This document shows, in pieces, positions 39,142 to 50,780 of a stretch of DNA of 64,000 nucleotides. Below the pieces are notes generated by a model. It was not told the origin of the DNA and searched no databases. It saw only the letters and a list, made by a program, of their open reading frames with translations. A program made the position numbers and the translations under genes. How positions within the stretch are numbered: position 1 is the stretch's first letter; each line of letters opens with the position of its first letter. This DNA comes from Trichosphaerium sp. ATCC 40318 (taxonomy: Eukaryota; Protista; Tubulinea), in the NCBI GenBank assembly GCA_038496445.1, contig JALMLS010000466.1, positions 372,001-436,000 of the forward strand. Reading direction: 5' to 3'.

Positions 39142-41032
39142 TTAACCACTAACTTGCGCTAACTGTGTCAACGCCTCTTTGGCACTAGCAAACCCTAGAT
39201 CCAAAGCTTTATCAAAAAATACTTTTGCAGCAGCATAGCGTCCTTGAGCTGCCTCTAGAATACCCAAATCGTATAGTGCAACAGGTAATCCTTGATCCGC
39301 TGCCAACTTGTACATTTGTTTGGCTTTTTCTATTTCAAGAACGTCAGTCAAAAAAAACTCGAAAAAAAGTTGCTTACCATCATCTTCTTCTACGCCAATA
39401 CCATTCTCATAAAATCTTCCTAAAGCATGCTGAGCGCTTGCTAATTTACCTTGAGCAGCAAGTTGAGCCCAGTGAACAGCCTCAACGAGATTTTGTTTGG
39501 TGCCTTAAGAAAGTAAGAAAAAACTACAACTTTCTTGCTGAAAATCTAATTCCGAACCTTTTCCTGCAAGCAAACACTTAGATAGCTCAAACTGTGCTTT
39601 AACATGATCTCTTTCACTTGCACATCTCAATAAACCAACAGCAGTAGGCTGTTTATCAAATCCTTGTAAAAGCATCGCAAGGTTATACTGTGCTTTTGAA
39701 TCATTTTGTCCTGATGCCATCTCATAAAACTCCATAGCTTTTGATATATCTACTTCTACGCCATACTCTCCAGACTCGTATAACCAACCCAAATAATATT
39801 GTGCATCTACATCACCAATAGTAGCTGCCTTTTGCATCCACTTCATACCATCCTTTAGATTCTTATCAGTTCCAAGTCCTTTCAGATAGAAAGTGCCTTA
39901 ACAGAGGGAATTAATTAGCTGCATTTGACAGACAAAAAAAAAAAAGGAAAATATGAAATTTTTGTTCAAAACTCATCAGAATGAGTAAGCAGTTAACGAT
40001 GAACAAAAACCTTGTGACATATGCGAACTTAATTTCGTCAATACAAAAATCACTATACTCGTGACTAGAGAGAGCCCTCTGGAACAAGAAGAATACAACG
40101 TCCAAAAAAATAAAAAAGAGAATCAAGAATGAGAAAGGTACCTAGCAAGAACATTGCCTCAGTATTCCCACGTTGAGCGGATGAGAATGCATACACGAAT
40201 GCTTTGTACTCGTTCTGACCTGCTATTGTCCCTTCAGCATACAAGAACGCAAGAGATTGCTCAATGATATCAACACCAACAAAACTGAAAGTGCATGCCT
40301 TCTCTAGCATCTTTATACCTACCATAAAATATAAACAACCAATTTTCCGGCGAAGGTTCCAACCAAATCGAAAAAGAAAACGAACAAAAAAAAACTCCTA
40401 AAATTTTACCTTTTTCTTTATCTAGAGGTACACCTGAACCTTTTAGGTGTAGAATACCTAAATTATGATAACTAATACCATCTCCTCCTATATAATTCAA
40501 CATATTAGCGTTGAGAAATAAATTTTTGACACTTGGTCAACGTGATCAATATTTTTTGATTGGATAAAAAAAAAAGGTCAGAAAACTAGACTAAAAATGT
40601 TTTGTAAGGCGTTTGTTATAAAAATAAACGGTACAATGGTGTACTCACCTGACTTTACAGCAGCCTCAAATAAGTCAACAGCGCGTTTACGGTCTTCTTC
40701 CATTCCAATACCATTTAAATAGCATACACCTAATTGAGAGAGAGCATGCACGTCTCCATCATCACCACGCTCCTTTAGTGCTTTAATGTAGTTTGAATCT
40801 AGTTTATCGCGATCTAGAGGTTATTAGTATGTTTCATTGCTCTGTATTAGAGTACCAACGCCAAGGGTAGAGTTCTTACTATTAAATACAGCGATTGAAT
40901 GGTTTCGCTCTAAACCATCTCGTACAGAAGGAGTAGGGCTCTTAACAAGAGCCGAATGCACTAGCGCGTTGTTGTAAATGACAATGTGCGTAAAACATTA
41001 CATTACGACATACTTGAGGTAGTTTCAGACAT
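39142..41032 (-). CDS. Sel1-repeat protein
   Basis: Repeated AQYYLGWLYESG, AQYNLAML, ALYDLGIL, LGVCYLNGIG motifs; multi-exon. Confidence 0.85.
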
Positions 41033-41493
41033 TCTTACATAATACGTTACCAACGATTGTTTATCTGTACAGAGCGAGTAAAAATAACAAAACGCGCTTT
41101 ATGTGCACAAATAGTCAAACTTTTTTCCTCTCCTCCACACCATCTCCTCTAAACCTTCGCAACCACGCCTATAGCAATATCAAAAAACTCGCTATTTTGA
41201 CACGTGCTACGAAAAAGCTATTGATTTTTGCTGATTGTTTTGAGAACATGGGAAGTTATGAAAATACAGTTTCTTCAAGTTAGTACCTTCTGACAAACTT
41301 GGAGGTGCACTTATAAGCGTACATTGGCATATTGCGTCAAGTTCCTTTTGAGAATTGCCTTGTTATTGTTTAATGGCTAATTTTCGATACACCTAGTTTA
41401 CCACTATGATACACAGTGAACTAGACTTCGAACTTAACAATACCGTTAAGTGACATTGTTTGATCACGTACACCTGTGTTAAGAGCATCACCT

Positions 41494-42813
41494 ATGCAAC
41501 CAATCACATCAAAGCCAAACTGGATAAAAGTCGACACCGCAAACAATGTTCTAGACCTTCCTCGTGACATACAGAGTTATTTATGCACATTCGACGAAGA
41601 AACGTTTACAAAGTATCATAAGCTGTCAAAAAGAGCTGCAATAAGCACTCACTACAATAACAAACTCGAAAAAAACGGTATTTGGACGATTTGGTACTCT
41701 ACAGGCGAAGTACAGTGTAAATACAGCATTATTAATGATAAAACACATGGAGAGTTCCTTACCTGGTATAAGAGTGGAGCTCCCAAACTACAGCGTATGC
41801 TCGTAGATGACAAACAAACTGGTGAATGTAAGGAGTGGCACGAAAATGGACAGCTGAAGCTGCAGTGTACGTTTGTTGATGACAAGAAGAATGGTGAACT
41901 GGAGGAGTGGTATAAGAATGGGCAAATAGATACACAGTGTATGTTTGTTGATGGTAAGATGCATGGCAAGTTAAAGAAGTGGTATGAGAATGGACAAGTC
42001 GCTGTGCAGAGTACATATATTGATGGTAAGAGAAATGGTGAGTACAAGGGCTGGTATGAGAGTGGGCAACCTAAGTTACAAACTACCTTTAATAATAACA
42101 CAACAAATGGAGAACTAAAGGAGTGGTATCAAAACGGACACCTGAAGCTACAACGTATGTTTGTTAATGGTAAAGAAAATGGTGAATGCAAGGAGTGGTA
42201 TGAGAATGGACAACTAAAGGTAAAGTGCAACTTTGTTGATGATAAAAAAAATGGAGAGATAAAGGAATGGCACGAAAATGGACAGCTCCTTTTGAGTGCT
42301 ATGTATGTAAATTTTAAGGTACATGGTGAGTACACACAATGGTACTCAAATGGACAACTTTATACACAATGTGTGTACAGTAGAGGTGAGATAAATGGAG
42401 TGTATAAGGGGTGGCATGAAAACGGGCAATTAAAGCTGACTTATAATTTTGTTGATGGTAAGCTGCATGGTGAGTTTGATAAGTGGCATGATAATGGTCA
42501 AAAGCATCACCATTGCACATACAAAGATGGTAAGGAACATGGTAAATGCTATGATTTGGATGAGGAGGGTAAACTCGTCCTAGACTGTGAATTCATCAAT
42601 GGGAACAAGAACGGTAGACACATGGAGTGGTACAACAACGGAAATCCCAAAATAGAATTTACGTCCGTTGATGGCAAGATGTGTGGCGAGCTCAAACGCT
42701 GGCATGAGAACGGACAACTTCAGTTACAATGTACGTACGTTGATGATAAAGAGAGCGGGGAGTGTAAGGTGTGGGATGAGAACGGGGAGCTAAAGTTAAC
42801 GAAACTTTTTTGA
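41494..42813 (+). CDS. Intronless MORN-variant (YwqK-like) repeat protein with F-box-like N-terminus
   Basis: About 16 tandem 24-aa repeats GExKEWYENGQLKxxCxFVDGKxx; N-terminal LDLPRDIQSYLCTF. Confidence 0.85.
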   Translation: MQPITSKPNWIKVDTANNVLDLPRDIQSYLCTFDEETFTKYHKLSKRAAISTHYNNKLEKNGIWTIWYSTGEVQCKYSIINDKTHGEFLTWYKSGAPKLQRMLVDDKQTGECKEWHENGQLKLQCTFVDDKKNGELEEWYKNGQIDTQCMFVDGKMHGKLKKWYENGQVAVQSTYIDGKRNGEYKGWYESGQPKLQTTFNNNTTNGELKEWYQNGHLKLQRMFVNGKENGECKEWYENGQLKVKCNFVDDKKNGEIKEWHENGQLLLSAMYVNFKVHGEYTQWYSNGQLYTQCVYSRGEINGVYKGWHENGQLKLTYNFVDGKLHGEFDKWHDNGQKHHHCTYKDGKEHGKCYDLDEEGKLVLDCEFINGNKNGRHMEWYNNGNPKIEFTSVDGKMCGELKRWHENGQLQLQCTYVDDKESGECKVWDENGELKLTKLF

Positions 42814-42956
42814 TTGAAGGAATAAAAGTTAATCTGTTTTGTACAATGTGCAAACAACCAAAGAAACTATGTTTATAGAAGCTTATACAAGGTTGGACGG
42901 GGTATACTTTTTTTTCTTCCCGAAGTTTAAAATTTGTTCGTGGTCACTTTGACACT

Positions 42957-43499
42957 TTACGAGAAGGTATGTACGATGTTGAAGAATAATCTAAAAAGTG
43001 ATGAGTAAGACAAAATGTCATTTTTTTGCGTTTTTTTTTGTAGAGTTCGTGTAAAATGGCTTGTTCGCGTACGTCCAGAAGAGTAAGTATGTCTATGGTG
43101 TAGTCCGTTAGTTTTAGGTAGTTTAAAAAATAAAGATGTACGTACAAATGCTCCTTGGTTTAAACCTTCTGTTACTACACTAGCTGTTGATTGGAAGTAT
43201 TCTGACGTATTAAATTTCAAGCAAATTAAAACAAAGAGCGCAGTCAATGCCATACTGCCTAAATACAATAGAATACCTAATATCCAACCCTACAATACAT
43301 TAAAACAAGAAAAAACTAACAAATTACCTCTAAGCCTAAAACACCGGCTAATGCTCCAGCAAACACTGACACAATCGTTCGGCTAGCGTAATCAGCGCTG
43401 TAAAACAGGTAATACGTACCAGAAATATAATGACGTTTTATTAGCCTGAATATGATCTGGACGGTAACTCTCTTGTACAACTTGGTCTGCTGTAGCCAT
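42957..43499 (-). CDS. EMC6: ER membrane protein complex subunit 6
   Basis: Spliced: ..NKTSLYFCRTIVSVFAGALAGVLGLEGW..EYFQS..EGL..FTYLLFWTLFFNIVH. Confidence 0.9.
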
Positions 43500-43659
43500 C
43501 TTTATACTTGCACTCAAAAAAACAATAAAACGAAAGCAGTAATTGCCAAGTCAAACGAGAAGAAAAAAAATCTAAAGTGTCATTTTGAAAGTTACTTTTT
43601 TTTTCCTTCTTTTGTTTGTACAACGTATTGCCCATTTTACATTTTGCTTTGCAAAAACA

Positions 43660-45176
43660 CTACTCCAAAAATTGCCGATTGTTAGCCATTGACTGTGAGT
43701 AACCTCCTCCTGTCACAGGATTCCACTCTAGTGGAAGATTCTCTTTATATGGGTTGAAAGGGCTATGGTCAACAGATTGTATGGGTACTAAAAAGTATTA
43801 AGAACTGCAACATTGTGCCAAAAAAAAAAGAATGAATTGGAAAATGATAGCACGTGGCTTGCCTGGATTATCAATTGTGGTGTCAGATGGGGTGTCATTT
43901 TGTGTTTCTGTAGAGCCATTTGTGGTTTGCGTAGTTTGTTGTGTTGGTGCTATAAATCACTTAGATTTCATTGATTATCTTTAAAAGCTATTGTACCTGG
44001 CGGAGCAAGTGCTGCCTTATTTTTGGGAATTGTATGCAAATAACCGTATCCTACATCGCATCCTAGGCTACACAAGGCTTTAGTGTTGATATGAATGATA
44101 CCGATACATACCTTCCTTGTCCTCCCCAACTCCCATTAGGAGTTATTGTTACCTAACGGCGTTAAAAAAAGTTTTTCTCAAAAATTAAATTAAACGAAAA
44201 ACGCACCAATCTGACGTTGTCCGTTTGTGTACTGTATACATATAATGGGATTGCTTCACCTTCTTTTTCTTTAACCAATGTATAAAAATCGTCCTAATAA
44301 AAAGCAATATTTAGCATACAACAACTCATGCTAACACGTGATTTTAGTTACTTGATTATTGAACAATAATTCTGGTGTGCCAACAATATAATCTATATAC
44401 GATTCTAGTCCAGCCAATTTTGCAGGAGATGCAGGATGAACATTCTACAAGCGATCATTAACAAAATGTCTAAGAACAAAATGAAAAAAAAACGGCTATT
44501 GTGCGAGTAAAACTCTGTAAATACTGTGCCTATAAAAGAATGTTTTTTGTTAGCAACGTACCAGCACATGCCACACATGTTCGTTTGCCTTTGCATATGA
44601 ACAAAATCTGACGCTAATACCTTTGTCTCGCGTAAGCCCGTTTATTTAAACGCTTGAAAAGTCATTTTGACGAAAAAAGTCGAGTTTATTTTTAATCGAA
44701 CCGAACGTCTATTGGCGTATTGAATAGTACCTGCGAAACCTGCTCCACCCCAGCTATTACTTGGCACTACTTGTACAGCTATAAAATCGTTTTTAGCAAA
44801 ACGAAAAAAAGACAACGTCGACACCTCTATAAGTTTCGTCTCTACTGTTGTACGCTACCAAGTCTATCGGTTTATCAACGTTAGTCTTTAAAGTGTCGAC
44901 AAGAACTTCATCCTCCATCACCTATTTAAACGTCATTTATGATCATTTATTGTGTCGCGTACTAATGGGGTACCACTAACGCTCGTTATAAAATCAAAGA
45001 AACTGTTTAAACCCGCTATTTCGCCAGGAGAATTAGGCGTAACCTGTGATACGTAAATTAAATGCGCAACGCTCGTTACAAACCTGTAAAACATGATAGC
45101 CAAACTCTGGTGGTTCTTCCTTATTGCTATCTTGTTTCTTTACAACAGGAGTCTCTGTAGTGTATACCTGGCCCAT
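43660..45176 (-). CDS. Golgi reassembly stacking protein (GRASP55/65 family)
   Basis: MG start; GYHVLQVTPNSPGEIAGL..FFDFI, VVPSNSWGGAG, VHPASPAKLAGLESYIDYIVG, LGCDVGYGYLHTIP. Confidence 0.9.
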
Positions 45177-45364
45177 CGCTCACACCATCGAAACTGTTAA
45201 AGTTACTTTTTTTGACTTTTTCATGACACTTAAATAATTCATTTACACTACTGCGCTACTATATTACATTGAGAATAAATATTAGTACTCTCATTTTTGC
45301 CTACTATTTGACAATTTCGTTGATTCAAAAAAAAATGTCGAAGGAGATTGTGACACTGGAATTG

Positions 45365-46314
45365 TTAACTCGAGCAACACTTTCTATTATTTTCCCTCCT
45401 TCCAACATGAGTTGTATTTGAAAACGAAGATGATAGGGGATGTCCAGCAGCACGATATTTATCTAAAACCTCTCTAGGTAGGTAGGAAGCTAAATTTGTA
45501 AGCAAATAGGACCATTTTGTTAATATGGCGCCTTACCAATCAGATCAAAAATTTCAACGATGTTTGTGCCATCTAGTGCGCTTGTCTCAATGAATAGTAA
45601 GTCAGCTTTAGCAGCATACTGCTCTCCATCTTCCTTTGAAATCCTCCTGTATTCAAGATCCGACTTGTTTGCTACTAGTATCATGAGCATGACACCTCCG
45701 TCTTGTTGTAGTTCATTCACCCATCTGCAATAATAAGTTACATTAAAAAACTAATAAAAGAGACACCAATATATGTTGTACTTTTTAGCCGTTGCGAAAC
45801 TTTCCTACAGACAAAGCTAGTTAGTTTTTTGAAATAAGAATTTATTTGTTGTCGAAAAATACGTACCACCGCCGTTACATCGTATACAATTATAGCTACA
45901 TGCGCACCACGGTAATACATAGGCGCTAAAATAATTACGTACAAAAAAAGACATTATGGGAATGTGTACCTAAAGAAGCGTATCGCTCTTGGCCCGCTGT
46001 ATCCTAGTTACGTAAGTTTAACACTGTTTCACTTGCAAAAATCTGTAACGAACCCATATCTCGAATTTAACTCTCTTTGTGTCTATTTCTACATTTTTAG
46101 TGAGGAATGCCGCTATTTGGGATAAGCAAAGACACAACCAATTTCCCGAACCTCCAATTGTTCCTTCAGTGTTCTCATAGAACTTGTTCTCCACGTAGCG
46201 CAATACAATGCTAGATTTACCTATTTCATTGTTAGCAATTCTCAAAAGGAAACGGAACGTACCCACAGCAGCGGCGCCTAGAAGAACAATCTTAACCTGA
46301 GAAGCTACGGCCAT
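45365..46314 (-). CDS. Rab5-like small GTPase
   Basis: [51 protein letters not shown]; C-terminal CCSS. Confidence 0.93.
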
Positions 46315-46683
46315 GTGGAAGGCTGAAGGCAGTACAATGCTGACTTTAAGCGAACATGTGTACCCTAACAAAAGAGCACAGTAGCAACCGTTGCGCCAAT
46401 TTACGCAAAACCTTGAACAAACGCCGTCGAATGACAGATGTCAGTGTTTAAGATAAGCAGTCATTCCAAAAGCCCTTCGTTTCCGCTAGTTACGCACTAC
46501 ACAGTACTTTCCAGTACGAAGTCATTTTTTGCGAATGACACAATTCCAAAGAAGGCAATACTTCCAACATGGTAAATATAACCCATGTGGAGTGTTTTAT
46601 GTTCGCTTGAGGTTGAATAAAGTTGAATATCGAAAAGGAGTTGGCCGAACTTTTAGTGCTTCCAAAACTATCAACAAGTGACC

Positions 46684-49600
46684 ATGACAGACATTAGAGG
46701 TACACACTTCGTATGCGCTACTCTATATTAACAATAAAAAGTGCGGGGGTCGGGATTACAAGCAGACAAAATACGCATTGGTGACTTGAACATCTTCACC
46801 GTCTATGCTGGTGGCGTTTCTGAGAGCGATATTAAAGTAACTATAAAAGGTACCGTACCGCTGTAAACAGAGCCTTTTCGCTTCATCGGTCACTAGAATA
46901 CTCTCTACGACTTACTAGCGCCGCATTATTTTTATCGTTGTTAACCGAGCACCCTAAAAAGCTAACCGCACCTAAGGTCCTGGAAGTCCTGCCACTGAGG
47001 TATTTGACAACGAAGATGGCTCTTTTGATGTAGAGTGGGAACCACAGAGCGGAGGTCGCTTCAGAATCTCTATAGAGATAAAAGGAGAGGAGATTGACGA
47101 TAGTCCTTGGGTATTACGTGTCAAAGGTACAAAGTTTTGCGTTTTCAGTACAATACTAATCTACAAAAAGACGCTTCTGGTTCTTCAGCTGCCCCAGCGG
47201 CTAAACCTGCTGTACAGGCAAAAGCACCAGCACCTGCAACCACTACTAGCAGTACGACTATAAACTTTAATTATCCGTCAAGTAACACTTTTTGCGCCAG
47301 GCGAACCACCTCCAGACGCAAAAGCGCGCGTATCTGCCTGGGAAAACAAAACCGGAGAAGAACCTGAAGTACAACGTGCTGTTGCACAACCAAAGAGCAC
47401 TCGCGGTGGCGCAAAAGATCGTGTGAACATGTGGGAGAAGGGAGAAGTTGAGGTAGTAAAAACCGAGCGTGCTGTAGAACAACCAAAAGCTACACAAGGT
47501 GGCGCAAAAGATCGCGTGAACAAGTGGGAGAAAGGAGACGTTGAGGTAGTAAAAACCGAACGTGCTGTTGAGCAACCTCAATCGACAAGAGGTGGCGCCA
47601 AAGACCGTGTCAACATGTGGGAAAAAGGAGACGTTGCGGTAGTCAAAACTGAACGTGCTGTAGAACAACCAAAGGCTACACAAGGTGGCGCAAAGGACCG
47701 CGTCAACATGTGGGAAACAAAAGCTTCTGATGTTGAAGTTAAGAGAGCTGTTGAGCAACCTCAAGCAACAAGAGGTGGCGCTAAAGATCGTGTGAACAAG
47801 TGGGAGAAAGGCGACGTTGAGGTAGTAAAAACCGAACGTGCTGTTGAGCAACCTCAAGCGACAAGAGGTGGTGCCAAAGACCGCGTCAGTTTATGGGAAA
47901 AGAAAACATCCGATGTTGAAGTTAAAAGAGCTGTTCAACAACCTCAAGCAACAAGAGGTGGCGCTAAAGATCGTGTCAGTTTGTGGGAGAATAAAAAATC
48001 CGATGTTGAAGTAAAACGATCGTCAGAGCAACCAAAGGTAGCGTCTGGTGGCATTAAAAACAGATTATCTATGTGGGAGTCTCAACGCTCACAACCACCT
48101 GTTAAACGTACTAATGATAATTTGTTATTGTTCAGATTTAACGATACTCTTAGGTAATGTCGCACAACCCGAAGTCAATAAAGGTGGCTTACGTAACCGC
48201 GCTAGTATGTTTGGGTCTAGAGAAGTTTCAGGAGATCACAGTTTCTGCGAGGTACATAGGCAGCATTTTCTTAATGTGAACTAAGTAAATTATTAGGGTC
48301 CTGGTATCAGTTGTAAGTTTGTTTTATTTTTTAGAGATGCTTTTCTTCTTATTGCACAATAGCTGGTTTGACTCCTGGAGAGGAGACATCTTTCACCTTG
48401 CATCCTATGGATTCTAACAACGAACCTTTCGATCTTAGCTACTCAAAGGTTATTGCTAGAATTGGTACGTTGTTATTTAAATCCTTTTTGAAGTCTTACA
48501 TGAGTTAGCTGGCGTTGATTCTCCACACACCAAAATTGTTGACGGAGAAGCTGATGATACCTTTTCTATCAAATGGACACCTGCTGTAGCAGGAAAATAC
48601 ATCATTACTGTAAAGGTAAGCTTCCAACATTCATTGCAAGACAATTTGCGTTAATCATGCATAGGTGATGAACCATCACGTTAAAGACAGTCCATTTACT
48701 GTTGATGTTGCTCGTGGATCATACTCCCAACGCTCTCAACCAAGAAAGGTAGAAGCAGCAAAGCCTGCACCTAAACCAGTAACTAAGAAACCAGAACCTG
48801 TTGCTCAAAAACCAGCTCCTGCTGGTGATGTATGTGCTGCAAAGACTACTGCAAAAGGTTCTGGCTTGAAATCTAAGCGTGTTAAGATTAATGACCTTAA
48901 CATTTTCACTGTTTACACAAATGATGCGTACGTTTGTTATGTTGTCACACATCTATTTACTTTCCGCTTAGCTCTGGAAACCCATTCCCTGGATTGAAGG
49001 ATGGTGATATAACTGTAGACGCTACAGGTCCTTCTTCACCTGAAATCGAAATAATTGATAACGAAGATGGATCTTGGGATGTAGAATGGGAACCTACAGT
49101 CGTACGTTGTTCTTTTCGTGTATTTACAATACGTTAATCGGTGCTGTAGGAAGGTTCATACACAGTCAGTATTAAAGTAAAGGGTCAAGAACTTCCAGAC
49201 TCCCCATTTACAGTATTGACAGCTAACGCTGAAGAGGCTCCTGCCAAGGCACCTGAACCTGAACCTGTGAACCTGAACCTGTAAAGGAACCTGAGCCAGA
49301 GCCAGTTAAAGAACCAGAACCTGAGCCTGTCAAAGAACCTGAACCAGAGCCTGTAAAGGAACCTGAACCTGAGCCAGTTAAAGAGCCAGAACCAGAACCT
49401 GTCAAGGAACCAGAGACACCTAAACCTTGTGCTACAAACACACTTGTTAAAGGCATTAAGCCTACAGCAATTCTTAATGAATTGGCACTATTTACAGTGC
49501 ACCCTAAAGATACCTCTGGTAACGTGTTTAATTGCAAGGAAAGTGATATCGCAACAATAGTCCAAGGTAAGTTAATTACTTCTTCTACAAATCTAGCTTG

Positions 49601-50307
49601 TTTAACTAATAACACAATAGGTCCTTCGGCTGTTACCGCAGAAGTCTTTGATAATGAAGATGGATCCATGGATGTTGAGTGGCAACCTACTGCACCTGGT
49701 ACTTACAAAGTCACCGTAAAGGTGACTGGTGTAGAGATTTCTGGATCTCCATTTAGCGTAGTTGTTGAAGGAAACGAGCCAGCTCCTGCTAAAGTTGGTA
49801 CGTCTTTTTGAGAAAAGAAAGTGGTTCAGTACTTATACTTTCTCTAGCTGAAAAAGCCTACGCTCTCGATATGTGCGTTATCAGAGGTCAAGGACTCACT
49901 GGTAGTAAAATAAAACTGGGGGAGATTACAATCTTCTCCTTATACATAAAGGGTAAGTCTTTTGCGTATTGTATCAAGTGTTGATGTTTCTTTTAAAGAC
50001 AAGACCGGAAATGCTGTTAAAGGTATTAGTACCGTAGCTGTAAAAGCTACAGGCCCTTCTGACTGCGAGGAAGAAGTACGTGAATTACAAAACTAATAGG
50101 TTTTTTTCTTATTTTATTTTTAAGGCATTTGATAACGAAGATGGCACATACGATATTGAGTGGTGTCCAAAGAGGTATGAGGTTTTTATTATGGTTGTAT
50201 GTATTTTACGACTTGCTTATTCATTTCCTAGTGCTGGTACTTATACTATTGACGTGACGATTGATGGCGATCATGTACCAAGTTCTCCTGTAACCGTGAC
50301 TTTGTAA
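46684..50307 (+). CDS. Filamin-repeat protein with a tandem GGAKDRVxxWE block and (EP)nVK linker
   Basis: Five filamin Ig repeats (DNEDGSxDVEWxP, GxY, SPF); about 10 copies of a 30-31-aa repeat (47300-48215); apparent frame break at 49267-49286. Confidence 0.85.
47380..48080 (+). repeat. Coding tandem repeat, 90-93 bp unit
   Basis: [31 protein letters not shown] repeated about 8 times within one exon. Confidence 0.9.
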
Positions 50308-50780
50308 TTTGCTCCTCTGGTAGCATATATCCAGTAAAACTATGTCTTCTGTTGTAACAAAATTGCTTTATTGATTTTCGTAACTAATGTATGCATTAGT
50401 TGAAATTTTCTGTATGTGGAAAATTATCACTCCGAACACCAGTATTGGTCAATAACGCTTGTTTTGCACTATGTTAAAATAGTGGGAAAAGGAAACAAGA
50501 TATTTAAATCACACGTGACGACACAAATTTAGTCAGAGAATTCTTTTAATAGAAGTTGCTGACTTTTTTGTTTTACACAAACTTCTCAAAATAGCGCACA
50601 ACCATTTTAAACAAACTCTCCCTGAGTGAAACGCATCTCCTATATGCAAAAAATAATTTCTAACGGCGGTATAGCCATATACACTGCACTTGTAGTGGTA
50701 AAGCGTGAACGTCAGTACAAAAAACGTTAATTCAACTGTAGGCCGTTTGCGCACTCGCTGTAGCGAATACAAGCACTATC

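Noticed and set aside
44815-44830. CACCTCTA as a third hAT-like terminus
   Set aside because: It is an exon/intron boundary of the GRASP gene and has no partner end.
41652-49669. Long antisense ORFs (41652-42101, 47267-47857, 49223-49669)
   Set aside because: Shadows of repetitive sense-strand coding sequence.
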